A DNA stretch of 64,000 nucleotides from Thermoanaerobaculia bacterium (GTDB lineage: Bacteria > Acidobacteriota > Thermoanaerobaculia > UBA5066 > Gp7-AA6): positions 64,409 through 128,408 of the forward strand of contig DASXPB010000028.1 of assembly GCA_036493875.1 (NCBI GenBank), in the 5' to 3' direction. Positions within the stretch are counted from its first letter, which is position 1. The number at the start of each line of letters is the position of its first letter. This document shows positions 9,128 through 16,366 of the stretch, piece after piece. The notes below the pieces were generated by a model. The model saw only the letters and a program-made list of their open reading frames with translations, made no database searches and was not told where the DNA came from. The translations under genes were made by a program, and so were the position numbers.

Positions 9128-9721
9128 TCTCCCCTCGTCCTCGCCTCCGCATCCCCGCGCCGCGCCGAGATCCTGACGAGTCTCGGAATTCCCTTTCGCG
9201 TGGTTCCGGCGGACGTGCCTGAGGACGTCCTGCCCGGCGAGACCGCGGAGGCGGTGGCCACGCGGCTGGCCGAGGCGAAGGCGGCGTCCGTCTCCGCGCG
9301 CGAGCCTGACGCGTGGGTGCTCGGCGCCGACACGCTCGTCTTCCTGGACGGCCTCATCCTGGGAAAGCCCCGGGATCCCGAGGACGCCCGGAGCATGCTG
9401 CGGCAGCTCGCGGGCCGCGAGCACCGCGTGGTGACCGCGCTGCACCTCACGCGCGGAGGCGCTCCCGGCGCGGCCCACGCCGAGATCTCGCGCGTACGGT
9501 TCGCGCCGATGAGCGAAGAGGAGATCGCGTGGTACGCGGCGACGGGCGAACCCTCGGACAAGGCCGGCGCCTACGGCGTACAGGGGCTCGGGGCCCGGTT
9601 CGTTGAGGAGATCCACGGGTCGTTCACGAACGTGATGGGCCTGCCCGCCCGCGCGGCCTATCGCCTGCTCAGAGACGCCCCAGATCCCGCTCTTTCGACG
9701 CTCGCGCTTTCTTCCGGCTGA
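9086..9721 (+). CDS. maf: Maf-like nucleoside triphosphate pyrophosphatase
   Basis: LVLASASPRRAEIL...GADTLV...GKP...AGAYGVQG blocks. The only in-frame start upstream of the LASAS block is TTG 9086, so codons 5-14 are encoded by the heptamer array (THKSQITNHK). Confidence 0.85.
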   Translation: MNSPTHKSQITNHKSPLVLASASPRRAEILTSLGIPFRVVPADVPEDVLPGETAEAVATRLAEAKAASVSAREPDAWVLGADTLVFLDGLILGKPRDPEDARSMLRQLAGREHRVVTALHLTRGGAPGAAHAEISRVRFAPMSEEEIAWYAATGEPSDKAGAYGVQGLGARFVEEIHGSFTNVMGLPARAAYRLLRDAPDPALSTLALSSG

Positions 9722-10847
9722 GCTTCATCTCGTACATCCGCGCATCGGCCTCCGCCAGGGTCTTCGGAAATTCGGCGTTGGCCTGGTGCGTGGCCCATCC
9801 CACGGAGAGGTCGATGCGGAGCCGCTCGTCTCCGGGCAGCTTGGGCAGGTGGCGGTTGGCGAGCTCCTCGCACTTCTGCGCGGCGGAGGCCTCGTCCGCC
9901 TGGGTCAGCAGGACGAGGAACTCGTCCCCTCCCCAGCGGAAGACGAGATCCGACTCGCGCACTCCGGCGGTCAGGTAGTTCGCGACGAACTGGAGGACGC
10001 CGTCGCCGACCGCGTGGCCGCGGACGTCGTTGATCTCCTTGAAGCGGTCCACGTCGATCAGAAGGACCGAGAGCGCGCCGCCGTGCCGGCGGGACCGGGC
10101 GAGCTCGCGCCGGATGACGTCGTTGAAGTAGTGGCGGTTGTAGAGGCCGGTCAGGCGGTCACGGATGCCCATCTCCTTGACCTGCGAGTCCGATTCGACC
10201 AGCCGCTGCATCTCGGACTGGAGCTGGGCCTGGCTCGCCTCGAAGAGCAGGATGATGATCCCGACGCCCACGGTCATCTCGAGGAACATCTCGACGAAGT
10301 GGGCATAGCTGTAGTAGCCCGGCATCGCGGACGGATCCGGGTAGCGCAGGTAGGCGAACCCGATGACGGCGCGCTCCGCTCCCCAGAGGAAGAAGGACGA
10401 GGACAGGATGGCGCGCCCTCCCGCGGAGCCCGGAGTCAGCGCGAACGCGAGCGCCGTGATCAGGTACGCCGCCGCGCGCAGGAAGGCGGGGGGCGCCTCC
10501 GGCACCGAGACGATGGAGAACCACCAGGAGACGACGAGGATCGGGATCGCCCAGAGCATCTCGACCGGCCGGGACACGGTCTCCTCGCGGCGGAACCGCC
10601 ACACCCCGCGCAGGAGAAAGAAGACGTGCCCGAGGAGCGCGACCTCCAGGACGGGCAAAGCGATCTTCCGCCACGCGTCGGCCTGCGAGACCGCCAGCAT
10701 GCCGATCGAGGCGAGGAAGAAGCCCCACGACGCGATCCAGTCGAGGAACGCCGGCCGGCGGAACTTCTGGTAGAGGAGCAGGAAGATGATGAACAGCAGG
10801 ACCGTGCCCGCCGCCTGAACCAGCAGTGAGAACAGATACGTGTCCAT
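9669..10847 (-). CDS. membrane-anchored diguanylate cyclase (multi-TM N-terminus plus GGDEF)
   Basis: MDTYLFSLLVQAAGTVLLFIIFLL... with about 6 TM helices. GGDEF domain has RWGGDEFLVLL and an RESD I-site. ORF 9669..11318 trimmed to the ATG at 10847. Confidence 0.85.
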   Translation of the reverse strand: MDTYLFSLLVQAAGTVLLFIIFLLLYQKFRRPAFLDWIASWGFFLASIGMLAVSQADAWRKIALPVLEVALLGHVFFLLRGVWRFRREETVSRPVEMLWAIPILVVSWWFSIVSVPEAPPAFLRAAAYLITALAFALTPGSAGGRAILSSSFFLWGAERAVIGFAYLRYPDPSAMPGYYSYAHFVEMFLEMTVGVGIIILLFEASQAQLQSEMQRLVESDSQVKEMGIRDRLTGLYNRHYFNDVIRRELARSRRHGGALSVLLIDVDRFKEINDVRGHAVGDGVLQFVANYLTAGVRESDLVFRWGGDEFLVLLTQADEASAAQKCEELANRHLPKLPGDERLRIDLSVGWATHQANAEFPKTLAEADARMYEMKLSRKKARASKERDLGRL

Positions 10848-10911
10848 CGGGTCTGAGTGCGTCCAGTGTACGTGACATTCCCCGGAACCGTGCCATCGAG
10901 TATCGTGGCGC

Positions 10912-11538
10912 ATGGCCGTCGGCCGTCCCATCGTCTGTATCGCACCCGGGGGCCGCCTCTCGCGCGCGGACGAGACCGCCATCGCGGCGAGGCTTCCCGG
11001 CGCCGCGCTCACGGTGCGATCGCTCTCCCAGTACTGCGCCACGCTTCCCCCGGAATCGAGAATCCTGATCTGCGCCCCCGGAGCGTCGGCGTCGCGCGAT
11101 CTCGAGTTCCTCCGACGCGTGCTCGGCCGGCTTCTGTGGCCGGCGCCGTCGGCCGACTTCCGTGACGCGATCGCGGGCCTCCGCGCGCCGCGGTCGCGGC
11201 CGAGATCCGCACGCTTCCGGCAGGCGCGGCCGCGGGGCGGAGACACGGTGGCCGCGCTCCTGCTCGAGGGCCGCGTGGATCCGGCGCGCATGCGGTCCGT
11301 CCTCGCCTCCTCCTCCACCTCGAGAGCCCCGCGCGACTGGATCGTGGAGTCGCCCTGTCACGTCGCGCTCACCGCACGCTGGGCCCGCACGCTCGCGCGC
11401 GCAGGGGTCCGGCTGTCCACGCTCGAGCCAGTCGAGCTCGTCGCGATCTACGCCGCACCCGCGGTCGCGCGCCGCCTGTCCGCGCGCTGGAAGAGGCTCC
11501 TGCCGCCGCGGACGCCAGTGTGGATCAAGGAATCTTAG
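10912..11538 (+). CDS. hypothetical protein (no recognisable domain)
   Basis: 208-aa ORF with the GC3-rich codon pattern of neighbouring genes. It fills a gap that has no better model. No motif recognised. Confidence 0.45.
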   Translation: MAVGRPIVCIAPGGRLSRADETAIAARLPGAALTVRSLSQYCATLPPESRILICAPGASASRDLEFLRRVLGRLLWPAPSADFRDAIAGLRAPRSRPRSARFRQARPRGGDTVAALLLEGRVDPARMRSVLASSSTSRAPRDWIVESPCHVALTARWARTLARAGVRLSTLEPVELVAIYAAPAVARRLSARWKRLLPPRTPVWIKES

Positions 11539-11583
11539 ATTTTAGATTTTGGATTTGGGATTTGGGATTTGGGATTTGGGATT
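11535..11583. repeat. direct heptamer tandem array x7 (TTAGATT x2, TTGGATT, TGGGATT x4)
   Basis: Read directly. It sits at the convergent ends of 10912..11538 and 11535..13514. Both stop codons lie in the first unit (11535-11538). Confidence 0.8.
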
Positions 11584-13514
11584 GCCTGCTTCCAGACTTC
11601 CGAGCCAACGAAGATGTCCAGGAGTCCCGAGTCCACGGCTCCCTTCCGAGCCAGATCCGAGAGGATTCGAAGGGCGTCCTCGCCCGGGACCGCGCGCTTA
11701 TACGGGCGATCCCGCGCCGCCAGGGCATCGAAGATGTCGCAGATCGTGAGCATTCGGACGGGGACCGGGATGTCGTCGGCCCTGAGGCGGCGGGGATAAC
11801 CCGAGCCGTCCAGCTTTTCGTGGTGGGCATAGGCCCAGTCCGGCACGCGCGCCAGGTCGCGCGTCCACGGGATCTTCGTCAGGAAGCGGAAGGTCTGGGT
11901 CACGTGCGACTCGATCTCCAGGCGCTCCTCCGGCGTGAGGCTGCCCTGGGCGATTGAGAGGCAGGCGAGCTCGCCGTCGGTCAGGAGACGCGTGCGGTTC
12001 CCGTCCCTCGCGCGAAACGCCAGCGTTCGGAGCGCGTCGAGATCGGTGCCCGCGGCGGCCCCGGCGGCGTCGGCCTCGACCTCCACCCGGGGTTCGTCCG
12101 CACGCTCCACCAGCTTCCAACTGGCCTCCAGCTCCTCGCGGCGCCGCGAGAGAGCCTCGGTCACGGCGCCCACGCCTCCGCCGTTGCGCGCTGCCGCCTC
12201 CCACTCCTCGGCCCCGGCCGCGAGGAGCGCCTGTTCGAAGCGTGCCCGGATCAGCTCACGGCCGCCCGGGGACAGCTTGCGCGCCTTGACGAGCACCTGC
12301 TCGCGCACGCCGACCTTGCCGAAGTCGTGGAGCACCGCCGCGTAGCGGAGCTCCCGCAGCTCGTCGCGGCTGACGCGGAACGCGGCGTAGGGCCCGGTCT
12401 CCGCACGGTCGACGGCCTCCGCGAGCGCGCACGTGAAGGCGGCGACGCGATGCGAGTGGCCCGACGTCGTCGGGTCGCGCTGCTCGATCGCCGTCACGGC
12501 GGCCTCGACGAAGCCCTCGAAGAGAGTGCGGATCGACTCGGTGAGCCGCCGGTTCTCGACCGCGACCGCCGCCTGCGCCGCGAGCGAGCGCGCGATCGCG
12601 CGGTGGCTCTCCTCGAAAGGAACGACCTCCGCCTTGATGAAGCCGGTCGTCACCGCATTGGGCATGACGAGGCGCTTGCGGTTGATGAGCTGGAGCACTC
12701 CGATCGTCCGGCCGTCCGGAGTGGCCAGGGGGACGGCCAGGATCGAGCGCGTCCGATACCCGATCCTCTCGTCGAACTCCGCGTCGAAGCGGTACGGCGC
12801 GCCCGCCGGGATCTCGCGCGCGTCCCCGACCTGGACGACCTCGCCGGTGCGGGCCACGAATCCCGCGATCGAGGGGTGCTCGAGCGGCAGGACCGCCTCC
12901 CGGAACTCGAAGCGCACGGAGTCGTTCTGTGCCAGCACGAACTTCAGCGAGTCCGGCGAATCGGGAGGCGTGACGAGGTAGAGGCTGCCCGCGTCGGCCG
13001 CGGTCAGCCTGCGTGCCCGGGTCAGGATCGTCTCCAGAAGCCTCTGCGGATCGGTCTCCGCCGAGAGCGCGATGCCGACCTCGACGAGGGCCTGGGCCTC
13101 GTTCGTGCGCGCCAGGAGGGAACGGCGATCGCGGGCGCCCCGCGCGCGCTCCTCGAGGATCCGGAACGACGCGAGCAGGGCGCGCGCCCGGTGCGGCTGC
13201 AGCGCGTCCTCGGGGAGGGAGAACACGAGGCGCGCCTCCCAGAACGGGTCGAGCCCGACGAGCGAATCGCCCAGCTGCAGCAAGCCGACCCGGTCGGCCG
13301 CCTCGCCGAGCCCGGGGGGCGGAGGCAGCGCGAGCGCCGACGTCAGCTCCAGGCCTCCCAGGACGAGGCCCACCTCGTCCGCCGCGAGCGACCACGAGTC
13401 CTCGCGAAACTTCTCGGCGCGAATCTCGTCGGCCGCCAGCCAGGTGGCGAGCTCCGGGCGCAGCGCGCCGTGGAGGAGCACGCGGCGAAAGGCGGCTGCC
13501 CGCGGCTCGGCCAT
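11535..13514 (-). CDS. GAF domain plus HD-GYP phosphodiesterase
   Basis: GAF block (AGSLYLV...LAVPL...IGVLQLINR). HD-GYP blocks HSHRVAAF...AAVLHDFGKVGV...HHEKLDGSGYPRRL. The last 16 codons (IPNPKSQIPNPKSKI) are encoded by the heptamer array. Confidence 0.85.
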   Translation of the reverse strand: MAEPRAAAFRRVLLHGALRPELATWLAADEIRAEKFREDSWSLAADEVGLVLGGLELTSALALPPPPGLGEAADRVGLLQLGDSLVGLDPFWEARLVFSLPEDALQPHRARALLASFRILEERARGARDRRSLLARTNEAQALVEVGIALSAETDPQRLLETILTRARRLTAADAGSLYLVTPPDSPDSLKFVLAQNDSVRFEFREAVLPLEHPSIAGFVARTGEVVQVGDAREIPAGAPYRFDAEFDERIGYRTRSILAVPLATPDGRTIGVLQLINRKRLVMPNAVTTGFIKAEVVPFEESHRAIARSLAAQAAVAVENRRLTESIRTLFEGFVEAAVTAIEQRDPTTSGHSHRVAAFTCALAEAVDRAETGPYAAFRVSRDELRELRYAAVLHDFGKVGVREQVLVKARKLSPGGRELIRARFEQALLAAGAEEWEAAARNGGGVGAVTEALSRRREELEASWKLVERADEPRVEVEADAAGAAAGTDLDALRTLAFRARDGNRTRLLTDGELACLSIAQGSLTPEERLEIESHVTQTFRFLTKIPWTRDLARVPDWAYAHHEKLDGSGYPRRLRADDIPVPVRMLTICDIFDALAARDRPYKRAVPGEDALRILSDLARKGAVDSGLLDIFVGSEVWKQAIPNPKSQIPNPKSKI

Positions 13515-13586
13515 GTCGCCCGCTAGTGTATGCGTAGGCGTGCGCGTACGGCTCGCCCGGGACGCCGCGCTCCCGGGCGGCGAGCC

Positions 13587-14174
13587 TCAGCGCGGGGCGT
13601 CGAGGTCGGCGAGCAGCTCCCGGACGGTGTCCCGGGAGAGCTCCTGGCGCGCCCGGTAGTCGCCCTGCGAGACCTCGACCGCGGCGGTCGCGCCGGAGGC
13701 CAGGGCGGCGCGTCCCGCCTCGCCGGGCGCGAACCGGATGTAGTGCACCGCGGCGATCCGATCCTCCCGGCTCTGTCCCGGCGCGAAGAGCGCCGGGTAC
13801 GCGAGCGGCCCGATCGTCATCTGGAGACGGCCCGGCTCGTCCAGGCCGATGAAGCCGTCCAGCACGGTCTGGATCCGAGACTGGTCGGTGATCTCGATGA
13901 AGAGCGTGGCCGCGATCTCCCCCGGACCCGGCAGCAGGACGTTGTACGTGTCGATCTCGTGCTGCACCTTGTCGGGCTGCACGATGCGCTCCACGCGAAG
14001 CATCTCCTGCACCTGGAAGCGCACCGTGTCGCGGTTCTCGAAGACCAGCGTCATCAGGGTTCCCAGAGGCACGCGCCGGCGCTGCTTCGTCTCGATCACG
14101 CGGCCGCGGAACTCGGGCCGCGAGAGCTCGTACTCGTGGAGGTTCTGGATGTCGTCGATGGTCAGCAGTCGCAT
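13587..14174 (-). CDS. DUF3501 family protein
   Basis: LVFENRDTVRFQVQEMLRVERI...IDTYNVLLPGPGEIAATLFIEI is the typical DUF3501 core. Confidence 0.8.
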   Translation of the reverse strand: MRLLTIDDIQNLHEYELSRPEFRGRVIETKQRRRVPLGTLMTLVFENRDTVRFQVQEMLRVERIVQPDKVQHEIDTYNVLLPGPGEIAATLFIEITDQSRIQTVLDGFIGLDEPGRLQMTIGPLAYPALFAPGQSREDRIAAVHYIRFAPGEAGRAALASGATAAVEVSQGDYRARQELSRDTVRELLADLDAPR

Positions 14175-14178
14175 GTGT

Positions 14179-15459
14179 CTAGATTTCCCTCAGGCCGTAG
14201 GCCTCGGCCAGGATTTGGATCGGGTGCTTCGCGGTGCGGCCTGTGCCCTGCTTGATCTGGATCCCGGCGAGCGGGCAGTCCGTCGCCACCCGATCGGGCG
14301 CCGCCTGCTCGACCGCCTCGAAGACGGGGCGGCCGATCTTCATCGACAGCGGAAAGTACTCGGTCTTCATGCTCCACGTGCCGTCGTGGCCCGTGCACTT
14401 CTCGACGGTCGTCACCTCGCTGCCCGGGATCAGTTGGAGCAGGTCACGGGATTTGAAGCCGATGTCCTGGACCTTCAGGTGACAGGGAACCTGATACAGG
14501 ATCCTCCCCGGCGAGCGCTCGAAGTCCGTCGACAGCTTGCCCGCGGCGTGCCGGCGCATGAGGAACTCGCAGAGGTCGAGCGTGGCGCCGGCGACGGCGC
14601 GGGCCTCCGCGTCGTCGTCGAGCAGCGGGTACTCCTTTCGCAGCGTCAGGCTGCAGGTCGGACCCGGCACCACGATCGTGTAGCCCGCCTGCACGAACGG
14701 CCACAGCCATCGCACGTTGGCCGAGCGGCACTCCCTCGCGCCCTCGAGATCGCCGCTCTCGAGCGACGGCATCCCGCAGCAGCGCTGTTCCGGAACGACG
14801 ACCTCGCAGCCGTTGCGCTCGAGGACGCCGACCGCGGCCCGGCCGATCTCCGGAGCCGCGTTGTTGACGGAGCAGGTCACGAAGAGCGCGACGCGCTCGA
14901 GGGCCCCGCGCTGAGGAGAGGGCTGGGTCGCGCCGCCGTGCTCCGCCCACCAGTCCTGGAACGTCTGCGCGGACCACACCGGCAGCAACCGGTCGCGGTG
15001 CACGCCGAGCGTCTTCTCCATCAGGACGCGCGCAAGGCGGCTCCCGTTGAGCGCGTTGACGACCGGGGCCGCCGCGGTCGCGACCCGGCCGACGGCGTCC
15101 GAGGACGAGAGCACGCGCTCCCGGAAATTCGGCTTTCCCGCCTGCCGGACGCGGGCGGCGCGGTCGCGCAGCACGACGCGGGGAATGTCGACTTCCCAGC
15201 GGTGCGGCGGGTAGTACGGGCAGTGCGGGATGCAGAGCTTGCACTCGTAGCAGAGATCCGAGAATTCGGAGAGGTCCCTCGCCTCGAGCCTCTCGGCCTC
15301 GCCGTCCACCTCCGGGCGATCCAGAGCCCGGAAGAGGACGTCGAAGGACGGGCACAGGTTGTAGCAGCGCCGGCACGTGTGACAGATGTCCGACACGCGA
15401 CGGAGCTCCCGGTCGACCGCCGCGGGGTCGAAGAACCCGTGGGCGTTGGGATCGAACAC
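14179..15459 (-). CDS. (Fe-S)-binding protein, HdrD/GlcF-like (two 4Fe-4S motifs plus two CCG domains)
   Basis: CHTCRRCYNLCP and CYECKLCIPHCP ferredoxin motifs. Cys-rich CCG-type blocks (FVTCSVN...RCCGMP; YQVPCH...CTGHDG). Confidence 0.85.
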   Translation of the reverse strand: MFDPNAHGFFDPAAVDRELRRVSDICHTCRRCYNLCPSFDVLFRALDRPEVDGEAERLEARDLSEFSDLCYECKLCIPHCPYYPPHRWEVDIPRVVLRDRAARVRQAGKPNFRERVLSSSDAVGRVATAAAPVVNALNGSRLARVLMEKTLGVHRDRLLPVWSAQTFQDWWAEHGGATQPSPQRGALERVALFVTCSVNNAAPEIGRAAVGVLERNGCEVVVPEQRCCGMPSLESGDLEGARECRSANVRWLWPFVQAGYTIVVPGPTCSLTLRKEYPLLDDDAEARAVAGATLDLCEFLMRRHAAGKLSTDFERSPGRILYQVPCHLKVQDIGFKSRDLLQLIPGSEVTTVEKCTGHDGTWSMKTEYFPLSMKIGRPVFEAVEQAAPDRVATDCPLAGIQIKQGTGRTAKHPIQILAEAYGLREI

Positions 15460-15462
15460 GTT

Positions 15463-15888
15463 CTAGAACTTGCCCAGGTTGTCCAGGCCCTTCTGGAAGC
15501 GGCCGGCGTGGGACTTCTCGGCGCGCGCCAGCGTCTCGAACCACTCCGCGATCTCGGTGAAGCCCTCCTCGCGGGCCGTCTTGGCGAAGCCGGGGTACAT
15601 CTGCGTGTACTCGTAGGTCTCGCCCTCGACGGCCGACTTCAGGTTGGCGTCCGTCCCGCCGATCGCGAAGCCCGTCGCCGGGTCGCCGACTTCCTTCAGG
15701 AAGTCCATGTGCCCGAAGGCGTGTCCGGTCTCGGCCTCCGCCGTGTCGCGGAAGAGGCCGCCGATCTCCGGAAAGCCCTCGATGTCCGCGCGGCGCGCGA
15801 AGTACATGTAGCGCCGGTTCGCCTGGGATTCGCCGGCGAACGCGTGCTTCAGATTCTCGTGGGTCTTGGTGCTTGCGAGTTTGGCCAT
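15463..15888 (-). CDS. rubrerythrin-family diiron protein (no rubredoxin domain)
   Basis: [30 protein letters not shown]...[10 protein letters not shown]...EGETYE...AEKSHAGRF (ExxH diiron ligands). Strong RBS AAGGAGGAG upstream of the ATG at 15888. Confidence 0.9.
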   Translation of the reverse strand: MAKLASTKTHENLKHAFAGESQANRRYMYFARRADIEGFPEIGGLFRDTAEAETGHAFGHMDFLKEVGDPATGFAIGGTDANLKSAVEGETYEYTQMYPGFAKTAREEGFTEIAEWFETLARAEKSHAGRFQKGLDNLGKF

Positions 15889-16331
15889 GATTCGTCTCCT
15901 CCTTTTTTGAGGGCCCGCCGGCAGCTCCGGCACAGCCCGTGAAATTCGAGTACCCGGCCCCGCACCTGGTGCCCCCCGGCCCGGAGCCGCCGCTCGGCAG
16001 GCAGGGGCCGCGTCAGCCGGGGGATGTCGAGCAGAAGACCACAGCCGTCGCAGGAGAAGTGGTCGTGCGGCTCGAGATCCGCGTCGTAGCGGGTCCGGCC
16101 GCCGCGCGTCCACGACTTCAGCTCGCCCGTCCCCACCAGCACCTGGAGGTTGCGGTAGACCGTTCCGAGCGAGATCCGCGGCAGCGACCGCCGGACCGCC
16201 TCGTAGACCCACTCCGCGGTCGGATGCGAGTCCGTCGACTGCACGGCCCGCAGAATCCGGCTCCTCTGGCGCGTGGAGCGCCGGGGGGCGGGAGTGGCTC
16301 GAGTCGGCGTCGGTGTCCGGGGCGTCTTCAT
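15849..16331 (-). CDS. Fur-family metalloregulator, PerR-like by context
   Basis: Winged-helix block (RQRSRILRAV...HPTAEWVYEAV...SLGTVYRNLQVL), HDHFSCDGCG and CRSC zinc motifs. Its 3' end overlaps the rubrerythrin start by 40 nt. Confidence 0.8.
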   Translation of the reverse strand: MKTPRTPTPTRATPAPRRSTRQRSRILRAVQSTDSHPTAEWVYEAVRRSLPRISLGTVYRNLQVLVGTGELKSWTRGGRTRYDADLEPHDHFSCDGCGLLLDIPRLTRPLPAERRLRAGGHQVRGRVLEFHGLCRSCRRALKKGGDESWPNSQAPRPTRI

Positions 16332-16360
16332 TATCAGGAATGATTACTATTACTAACTAG
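16331..16360. promoter_or_regulatory. AT-rich Fur/PerR-box-like sequence in the divergent promoter region
   Basis: ttatcaggAATgATTactattactaa carries the AATnATT core of Fur/Per boxes with only partial flanks. On the minus strand a perfect TTGACA (16368-16373) lies about 15-19 nt upstream of the AT-rich block. Confidence 0.35.
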
Positions 16361-16366
16361 GGCGAC

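Noticed and set aside
13849-15942. 697-aa plus-strand ORF across the DUF3501, CCG and rubrerythrin genes. Similar cases: 25245..26759(-), 27831..29933(+), 33530..35359(+), 41212..42624(+), 60466..62832(+), 62896..63852(-)
   Set aside because: All are antisense to genes with clear family motifs. Their composition (R/A/G/P/D) is typical of shadow ORFs in high-GC DNA.
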